A stretch of DNA of 60,624 nt from Rhodothermales bacterium (GTDB lineage: Bacteria; Bacteroidota; Rhodothermia; Rhodothermales; JABDKH01), in assembly GCA_028284545.1 (NCBI GenBank), contig JANQRN010000248.1, positions 1-60,624 of the forward strand, in the 5' to 3' direction. Made by a program: the position numbers and the translations under genes. Below, piece after piece: positions 46,551-53,221 of this stretch (within the stretch, counting starts at the first letter, position 1; each line of letters begins with the position of its first letter). The notes beneath the pieces were generated by a model. It made no database searches. It had not been told where the DNA came from and was given only the letters and a program-made list of their open reading frames with translations.

Positions 46551-48265
46551 CAGGCTACAAGTACTTGGTGATGTTTTGCAGAGATACTGTTTGCAACGGA
46601 CAGGACGTCGGCGACGGCGGCCTCGGACGTCGGCCACCTCCCGGCACCACGTCCGACGACCTTGGTGGTGTCCACACCGTCGGCCCCGCCGTAGAAGACC
46701 GCGCCGTTCCAGTCGGCCCTGACGCCGGCGAGCGGATCGTACTCCTGCAGCGGTTCAAGGGAAACGCGTGCGCGCACGTCGGCTACTCGACCATCACGCG
46801 ACCGCTGAATATCGATCTGAGCAACCTGTCGCAAGTTGTCTGCGGAAGCACTAGCGGTGTCGGTCAGCGGATCAGTGTCGATCGAGTCGGAAGCGATCCA
46901 GATTCCCGTGAGCTTTCGGACGACCAGGACCAGCTTGTTGGCGGCATCGCGGCCCGAAAGATCACCCGAGGGATCAGCCTCCGCAAAACCGCTCTTCTGA
47001 GCATAGGAGACCGCGTCGCGCAGCGACTCACCGCTAGAGACCGCGTCTAGCACGACGTTCGTGGTTGCGTTCAGAATCCCGCGCATTCGGGATATCTGCC
47101 CAACGCCCGAGAGTCGCTCGGCGGCCTCCAGCGTAGGGCAAGCACCCCCAACCGCTGCGCTGTATTCGAAACTTGCTCCACTAGCCAAGGCAAGTGCCTC
47201 GAGCTCGGGCCCGTAGCGGGCGACCAGATCCTTATTCGCCGTAACAACGTGTGTACCTGAGCGCAAGGCCCGTTTGATGAGCGGCAATGCGATTGCGGCA
47301 TTAGGGAGAGCCTCGACAATGATGTCACAATCGAACAGCTCGTTAACATCAGTTGTTAGCTTGCCTGAGTCAATCCACTGACGACGGTTGCTACAGCGAC
47401 CGTGCGTGGACCGGTCGGTGGATTTCGTCGACCTAACGAGTCCGCCAACAATCTCGAATCCTGTTTGGGCGCTCAACCGCTGCCACACGCCCGTTCCGAC
47501 GGTTCCGACACCGAGTATCGATACACGCAACTTGTCGGGCTCCTGGGGGAGAGGGCTTGCGTAGCGCGTCGCCACATTGCCGACGGTCGTACGGTGTTGT
47601 GACGAGGGCAGGCCGATGGTGAAGCCGGCATCAGTCTGCGCAGCATATTCAACCGCCTTGACTTGCACGACGGGATCCCGGCGCACGAGTGCATCCGCAA
47701 ACGAGAGAGTATCGAAACGGCGTTCCCCGTCGTACCACCCGTCGACGTCTTTGACCAGGTGGCATGGTACACCCAGTTTCGCGGCCAGGAATACTGCAGT
47801 CAGATCTGAGCCGCCGCGCCCGAGTAGCACAGGGTTACCGGCAGCGTCGCGGGCGCAGTAACCGGGGACGATGACCACACTGCATTGCGTCAGGGCGTCA
47901 CGCAACACGCTAGTGCGGACGTCAACAGGCACCGCGTCGAGCGGATTCCCTTCAGCACGTAACCCGATCTGGGATGAATCGAGTAGGCGGGCGGGTACTC
48001 CAGCGGCATCGCAAGCGAGGGCAAGGCAAGCGGCCGCCTGCTGTTCTCCTGTCTGTACCAGGGCGGCGGTGGAGTGCGAGTTGGAACGGTGGTTCACCTC
48101 AGACGCCGTGTTCAGCAGTGCGTCGGTGTGCTCCTTGAATGCGGAACAGACCACCAAAACCGAAAGCCCACTGCGGTAGTGCCGATAAACTTCGTGGACC
48201 AGTTGGGCGCACGCACCAATGTCGACGAGGACCGAGCCACCAAGCTTCAAGACAAGTGCATTCAT
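46550..48265 (-). CDS. Bifunctional aspartokinase-like / homoserine dehydrogenase lacking ACT domains
   Basis: KLGGS, LGRGGSDLTA, KDVDG (aspartokinase); GVGTVG, VVTANK, SAAVGG, GILNATTN, GFAEADPSGDLSG.DAANK, GAGRWPT (dehydrogenase). Start at ATG 48265 overlaps the upstream stop. Confidence 0.88.
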   Translation of the reverse strand: MNALVLKLGGSVLVDIGACAQLVHEVYRHYRSGLSVLVVCSAFKEHTDALLNTASEVNHRSNSHSTAALVQTGEQQAAACLALACDAAGVPARLLDSSQIGLRAEGNPLDAVPVDVRTSVLRDALTQCSVVIVPGYCARDAAGNPVLLGRGGSDLTAVFLAAKLGVPCHLVKDVDGWYDGERRFDTLSFADALVRRDPVVQVKAVEYAAQTDAGFTIGLPSSQHRTTVGNVATRYASPLPQEPDKLRVSILGVGTVGTGVWQRLSAQTGFEIVGGLVRSTKSTDRSTHGRCSNRRQWIDSGKLTTDVNELFDCDIIVEALPNAAIALPLIKRALRSGTHVVTANKDLVARYGPELEALALASGASFEYSAAVGGACPTLEAAERLSGVGQISRMRGILNATTNVVLDAVSSGESLRDAVSYAQKSGFAEADPSGDLSGRDAANKLVLVVRKLTGIWIASDSIDTDPLTDTASASADNLRQVAQIDIQRSRDGRVADVRARVSLEPLQEYDPLAGVRADWNGAVFYGGADGVDTTKVVGRGAGRWPTSEAAVADVLSVANSISAKHHQVLVA

Positions 48266-49482
48266 AGTGCGACCTCCTCGGCATGGCGTTCGATTCGAGT
48301 GGACGGGCCGAGTGCCTCGAGCGCGTCTGATATGTCGGCGACAATGTCGTCTGGATCCTCGAGACCAACAGATATCCGAATCAACCCGTCCCGAATGCCG
48401 AGCCGCTCCCGTTCGGTGGGATCGACATCCCCGTGGGTCATACTCGCGGGGTGCGTCACAATCGTTTCTGTTGCCCCGAGGTTCTCGGCGAGCAGACACA
48501 GCCTTAGCGCCTGGCAGAATTGCACGGCCCCCGCGTATCCGTCCACAAATTCCGCAGCCACGACGCCTCCGCCGTATCGCTGTTGTCGTCGAGCCACTTG
48601 ATACCCCGGAGAGCCTTGCAGCCACGGATAGTGGACTTCCGCGACCGCGGGTTGTGCCAATAGGAACTCCGCTATCGCAAGTGCGCTGTTGGAGTGCCGT
48701 GGGAGTCGAAGCGGGAGCGTCTTCAGCCCGCGAAGCGTGAGCCAGGCGTTATTGGGAGACTGGATCGTGCCTACGGATTTTCTTATGTGTACCAGCCGGT
48801 CGTGTAGATCTCGATCTGCGCAGAGAACCGCCCCTCCGAGTGCACTATTGTGCCCTTCGACGAATTTCGTGGTTGAGTAGACGACGATATCCGCGCCCAG
48901 AGAGACAACGTCTTGACCGAAACTGGTTAGGAAGGTGTTGTCTACTACCAGCGTCGATCCGGTGTCGCTTAGCAGAGCAGAGAGTGCGCCGATGTCGCAG
49001 ACCTTGAGCGTTGGGTTCGCCGGTGTCTCGACAATTACGTGTTTTGTTTCCGGCCGCAGCGCAGCAGAGACCGCATCCAGGTTGGACGCGTCAACGAACG
49101 TCGCCTTCACACCAAAGCGGGGGAGTATCTGCTCCAGGAAGCGACGTGTACCGCCGTATACGACGTCACCACAGACCACGTGATCGCCGGAGCGAGTTGT
49201 GGCCAGCAGCAGCGTCGTGATGGCCGACATGCCCGTGTTAAAGGCGGCTGCAAATGGCAGACCTTCCAGCTCAGACAGGGCCGTTTCAAGCGCGGCTACT
49301 GTTGGGTTCGACGCGCGTGAGTACGTGTGTACGATCTGACCATTGAGTTCACGCTGGGCAAACGTCGTGGTCTGAAATAGGGGGGTGGTCGCTGATCCGA
49401 AAGGAGCCTCACGCGAAAGACCAGCGTGGACAGCCCGAGTCGAGGCGTGCGACGGTGTTTGAGGGAAAGAGGAGACAGCCAT
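48262..49482 (-). CDS. metB: PLP-dependent trans-sulfuration enzyme, probably cystathionine gamma-synthase
   Basis: YSRASNPT, ETPANP, VDNTF, STTKFVEGH, HPASMTH, RISVGLED; first gene after the SAM riboswitch. Confidence 0.72.
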   Translation of the reverse strand: MAVSSFPQTPSHASTRAVHAGLSREAPFGSATTPLFQTTTFAQRELNGQIVHTYSRASNPTVAALETALSELEGLPFAAAFNTGMSAITTLLLATTRSGDHVVCGDVVYGGTRRFLEQILPRFGVKATFVDASNLDAVSAALRPETKHVIVETPANPTLKVCDIGALSALLSDTGSTLVVDNTFLTSFGQDVVSLGADIVVYSTTKFVEGHNSALGGAVLCADRDLHDRLVHIRKSVGTIQSPNNAWLTLRGLKTLPLRLPRHSNSALAIAEFLLAQPAVAEVHYPWLQGSPGYQVARRQQRYGGGVVAAEFVDGYAGAVQFCQALRLCLLAENLGATETIVTHPASMTHGDVDPTERERLGIRDGLIRISVGLEDPDDIVADISDALEALGPSTRIERHAEEVAL

Positions 49483-49611
49483 GATTCCTGATGTTTATCG
49501 TTGAGTACGATCGCATCAGGAGTGACACAGTGTGGAGCGAATGCTCCAATGCACTGCCGGTGTTTATCCAGTGCCGGCATGTTCCTCGTACAGGAATCAC
49601 TCGACCTGAAT

Positions 49612-49766
49612 CACATCGTGGCGTTAAGCCTTGCCTCGGCACCGCGTTCTCGACTGCCTGCATTCATCAGACAGAGTTGAATCGGTTGCCGCCCGGGATT
49701 TGGTTGCGCTCGGGCGATTCGAAAACCGCCACGGGCCAGCCAGAGGCACCCCAGGCTCTTGATGCG
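49612..49766 (-). ncRNA. SAM-I-clan riboswitch (expanded variant)
   Basis: Minus strand: P1 CGCAUC/GAUGUG, J1/2 AAGAG, P2 CCUGGG/CCCGGG, P3 GGCAACC...GGUGCC; lies directly upstream of Met biosynthesis genes. Confidence 0.85.
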
Positions 49767-49902
49767 CCACAAGGATACGCTTCCGAGGGCCGACGTGTCA
49801 ACACCACATGAAATCGCGTAACGGCGGAAGCGCTTTTATGAGCAAGACTATATTCTGATTGTTCGTACGTGTGGAAGTAATAAGCGCGGAAATAGGGCTG
49901 CA

Positions 49903-50535
49903 GTGTGGCTGTTTGAAGGGATACGCAGGTACTACGGCGGACTCGCGACACACGAGTATGTAGCTGGGTCGGGGCAGTACGCTCACTATTTCGCGCTGTG
50001 CACGCCTGCGAATCAGGTTGGCGGAGAGACAGGAGAATACCTGCGGGATCGCAAGTTCGAAACGAGGTCGACTGCGACAACGCACGCGATCGATGACGCT
50101 ACAGTCAAGAAAATCCGTACACGGATTGTCCGAATCGCAGATGGTAGCCTGACGCGCGACCAGCGTAGTATTCGCGTAACGGCACCGCCGACGCGGTCAG
50201 ACAAGATTGTCAGAAGTGCGTGGTTGACACTGTGGTCGGCAGTTGCCCTCAACGGATTGGTACTTCTAGCATCGTTTGGAACCGGTGCGGAAGTCGGGCC
50301 CATGTATAAGAGCCTTCTCGGGGGGTTTCCGTCGAAGGTCGAGCGCTCGGATTATGTTCGATGTAGAGAAGAACCGCTGGTCGAGCAAGTCAGCGTATGC
50401 CGTGATGGCTGGATCTCGCGGTCATCGGGATCGGGGACATGTTCGTGGCACGGTGGCGTCTCGCACCGGGATGAAATAGAACGCGAGCGCGGTAAGCGAG
50501 AGTGCATGCAGGCGTTCGTCAATGGCAGACAGTAG
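49903..50535 (+). CDS. Hypothetical membrane protein with a C-terminal Cys/His motif (DUF3761-like)
   Basis: One TM helix followed by CRDGWISRSSGSGTCSWHGGV; start uncertain. Confidence 0.6.
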   Translation: MWLFEGIRRYYGGLATHEYVAGSGQYAHYFALCTPANQVGGETGEYLRDRKFETRSTATTHAIDDATVKKIRTRIVRIADGSLTRDQRSIRVTAPPTRSDKIVRSAWLTLWSAVALNGLVLLASFGTGAEVGPMYKSLLGGFPSKVERSDYVRCREEPLVEQVSVCRDGWISRSSGSGTCSWHGGVSHRDEIERERGKRECMQAFVNGRQ

Positions 50536-50540
50536 CCGCC

Positions 50541-51983
50541 TCAGCTCTTGTCGTCGACATGTGCGTCGGCATCCGTAACGCGAATAAAATCGGCCGCGCT
50601 GTCACGAAGCCGATCACGTTGGTGGACGTACGTCATCGTCGTGTCAATGCTCTTGTGCCTCGCGTGAGCCTGAACCTGCTGTATCGTTGCGCCGGCTTCT
50701 ATAGCAAGCGTACATCCTGTGTGACGAAGCGTGTGAGCTCCGGTAGTCGGGAGTCCCGCATCTTCAGCAGCTTTCGTGACGATGCGGTAGATGGCGTGCG
50801 CCGACAACCGATTTCCATAGCTGTTGTTACTGAACGACCTCCATAGCGGGCCCGTGGTGATGTTGAATTCGTTGCGGTACTCGTGAATAATTGCGTCGAT
50901 GTGGTCGGGGATCTTCACGTACTGATCTGCTCCGCCTTTTGCCTGCGGAATATCCAATACGGTAAACGACCCAAGTGGCCTGATGTGTTCGACATCCATT
51001 GCGGCCGCTTCACTGCGACGCAGTACGCAGTGCAAAAGCGTCTGGACAAGGGCCTGGTCACGCACGCCCGTTCGCGCGTTGGCGGCGGCGGCGGCAACGA
51101 GTGCCGAAGCCTGTTCAGCGGACAGGTAGAACACGACGCGGTCTCTTGCGCTTACTCTGCGAACACGTCTCAACAGTTGCCGATTCGCCGGATTTCGTTC
51201 AACGAGCTCCAACGCTAGCAGCCAGTCATAGAAGCCACGTATTGCTGCGATCCGTCGCTTGATTGTTGATGCCTTTTGATCGTTTCGTTCCATTTCGGCG
51301 ATGTGCTCGTTCACGTGCAGGAACGTTGCGCGCTGAGCCAGTTCTCGGTTGACGTGCTCGGTACCGAAGAACCGACGCAGGTCGTTCCAATAGGCACGTT
51401 GCGTTCGCTCGCGATCAAACCGGTGCAAGTAGGCAATCAGGAGGTTTGCGTTAGCAGATCCCAGGTCGAGGGATGTTTCGCGACTCGTTGCGGGGTGAAT
51501 TGTTGCGGGGTGAGTTGTTGCGGGGACGGGCGAAGGTTGCGTCTGGATGAATGCCCGTTGGACCGGTTCATCTGTGCGGGGCGGCATACTTGACTCGAAT
51601 GACAGGTTTGATAGCGCGTTGTTTGACGGGTCGCCGTCGACATGCGTAATGCCTGACGAAGCTGCGGACGCACCGACAAACGTCCGGACAACGGCGCGAT
51701 GCACTAGAACCGTCCGCGACTTGCCGCCGTCGCGCACGCTGAACCGCTGGTGACCGTTCTTAAGCTTCGAAGCCTTGATAACCTTGCCGGGCCACAGTAC
51801 GGGTCCGCGAGGGTTGTTGCGCATGCGCGGCAACGAAAGGACGCGGCCGTGCGAAGAGATCAGATAGTCTGGATGGACACCGGTGTCGAGGACCAGCTGG
51901 CGCCAACTTTCGCCGGGTTCGGTGCCGGCCAGATCAAGCAGTTTCTTCGTGAGGCGATCAATGTCGTGGTGTCGAGTGAACAT
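50541..51983 (-). CDS. Tyrosine recombinase (XerC/D-like) with N-terminal NUMOD4/HNH module
   Basis: SAM-like core (TQRAYWNDLRRF, STIKRRIAAIRGFY); catalytic R (LRRSEA), K (AKGG), HTLRH, H and Y (RHKSIDTTMTY); N-terminal E.WR...YLISSHGRVLS and VHR.V..F...HVDGDPSNN.LSNL. Confidence 0.9.
   Translation of the reverse strand: MFTRHHDIDRLTKKLLDLAGTEPGESWRQLVLDTGVHPDYLISSHGRVLSLPRMRNNPRGPVLWPGKVIKASKLKNGHQRFSVRDGGKSRTVLVHRAVVRTFVGASAASSGITHVDGDPSNNALSNLSFESSMPPRTDEPVQRAFIQTQPSPVPATTHPATIHPATSRETSLDLGSANANLLIAYLHRFDRERTQRAYWNDLRRFFGTEHVNRELAQRATFLHVNEHIAEMERNDQKASTIKRRIAAIRGFYDWLLALELVERNPANRQLLRRVRRVSARDRVVFYLSAEQASALVAAAAANARTGVRDQALVQTLLHCVLRRSEAAAMDVEHIRPLGSFTVLDIPQAKGGADQYVKIPDHIDAIIHEYRNEFNITTGPLWRSFSNNSYGNRLSAHAIYRIVTKAAEDAGLPTTGAHTLRHTGCTLAIEAGATIQQVQAHARHKSIDTTMTYVHQRDRLRDSAADFIRVTDADAHVDDKS
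51487..51526. repeat. 15-bp tandem repeat (about 2.7 copies) encoding PATTH/PATIH/PAT in the recombinase linker
   Basis: GTTGCGGGGTGAATT GTTGCGGGGTGAGTT GTTGCGGGGA. Confidence 0.8.
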
Positions 51984-52115
51984 GCTACAGGGGCAATCGA
52001 AGCTGTGGCAATCGGAGCTGCGGCTGTTGAGAGCTCAGTCGGAACTATGTCGCGTCGGTCGCAGTCAGGAGATAGGTGGTGGAAAACGGACCAACGAGCG
52101 CCTATTCGTAAACAT

Positions 52116-52143
52116 AGGTACTATAACCTATATTATCAAGTGT
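52116..52143. other. Candidate 28-bp dif-like tyrosine-recombinase site
   Basis: AGGTACTATAA-CCTATA-TTATCAAGTGT: 11-6-11 layout with an ATAA-N6-TTAT core; AT-rich island about 130 bp upstream of the recombinase. Confidence 0.6.
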
Positions 52144-52236
52144 AGCGGTTGGCCATATTGTGGTGGCATCGCGACGCACGCGCATACAAGCAAACGCAGG
52201 CTCCGAACGCGGGACCTTCAAACAAACCCTGACCTA

Positions 52237-52314
52237 ATCACACTGTGGATCACACTGTGGATCACACTGTGGATCACACTGTGGAATACACTGTCGAATA
52301 CACTGTGGAACACA
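52237..52314. repeat. 12-bp tandem repeat array (ATCACACTGTGG x4, two degenerate units and a partial unit)
   Basis: Read directly from the sequence; overlaps the possible miaA 5' end. Confidence 0.95.
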
Positions 52315-53207
52315 TCCCGGTCATCGTGGGACCAACGGCCGTCGGCAAGACTGGCGTCGCTCTGGCGTTGGCGCGTCATCTGGACGCCGAGATTGTATCC
52401 GCAGATAGCCGGCAGCTGTTCCGCGAACTGAATATCGGCACCGCAAAGCCTACCGCGGACGAGCTCGCCACGATCCGACATCACTTTGTTGATGACCTCG
52501 CGCTAGGAACTGCGTTCTCCGCCGGCCAGTTCGCCGACATGGCGCACGAACGCATCGCACAGATTCGTGACCGCGGCAAACGTGTCGTCGTGGTCGGCGG
52601 ATCCACGCTCTACATTCACGCGCTGGTCTACGGCTTGGCCGACATTCCACAGATCGATGATGCTATTGTCGCCAAAACGAATCAGCAGCTTCAAGAGCAC
52701 GGCAGCGATTGGCTACACGCCGAGTTGTCAGCCGTCGACCCTGAGGGCGCCGCCAGAATTGATCCCTCGAAGTCGCATCGAATCGTGCGGGCGCTTTCGG
52801 TACATCGCGCTACCGGGCGCCCTCTGGCGTCCTATTGGAGGCCCAGTTGCGGCAATTCCTTATTTCGCGTCTTTGTGCTCGACCGCGACCGGCAGGAACT
52901 GTATAGCCGGATAAATCGACGCGTAGATGACATGGTTTCTCGAGGTCTACTCGAAGAGGTGCGCGGACTGCTCGACTCAGGGATCGACGAATCGCTACAG
53001 TCCCTGCAAAGTATCGGTTATGCAGAGCTGATCAGCCATCTTCGAGGTGAACGATCATTGGCCGAGGCGGTGAGCCTCATGAAACGAAACTCGCGTCGTT
53101 ACGCGAAGCGTCAGCTCACGTGGTTTCGCCGGTACACCGAGGCCGTCTGGCTCGACGCAACCGCACCTGTTACCACGACCTGTCGTAGCATTCTGGCGGC
53201 ATGCTAG
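52245..53207 (+). CDS. miaA: tRNA (adenosine37-N6)-dimethylallyltransferase
   Basis: VGPTAVGKT, SADSRQ, IGTAKP, VGGSTLY, RYAKRQLTWF. The start may be any in-frame GTG in the repeat, e.g. 52305. Confidence 0.95.
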   Translation: MDHTVDHTVDHTVEYTVEYTVEHIPVIVGPTAVGKTGVALALARHLDAEIVSADSRQLFRELNIGTAKPTADELATIRHHFVDDLALGTAFSAGQFADMAHERIAQIRDRGKRVVVVGGSTLYIHALVYGLADIPQIDDAIVAKTNQQLQEHGSDWLHAELSAVDPEGAARIDPSKSHRIVRALSVHRATGRPLASYWRPSCGNSLFRVFVLDRDRQELYSRINRRVDDMVSRGLLEEVRGLLDSGIDESLQSLQSIGYAELISHLRGERSLAEAVSLMKRNSRRYAKRQLTWFRRYTEAVWLDATAPVTTTCRSILAAC

Positions 53208-53221
53208 ACCAAAGTCGGCGG

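Noticed and set aside
48266-48625. N-terminal 120 aa of the 691-aa ORF; likewise the extensions 6358..6450, 20459..20560, 41800..41967 and 46551..46637
   Set aside because: They overlap neighbouring genes or a terminator-proximal region, and downstream ATGs give better domain starts or translational coupling.
49296-50085. Short ORFs across the metB leader
   Set aside because: They overlap the riboswitch and its expression platform and show no protein motifs.
49903-52236. Prophage or integron
   Set aside because: No structural or replication phage genes, no attC-like cassettes, and the recombinase lacks the IntI-specific insertion as far as can be judged by eye.
52237-52314. CRISPR array
   Set aside because: The repeats are 12 bp and contiguous, with no spacers and no cas genes.
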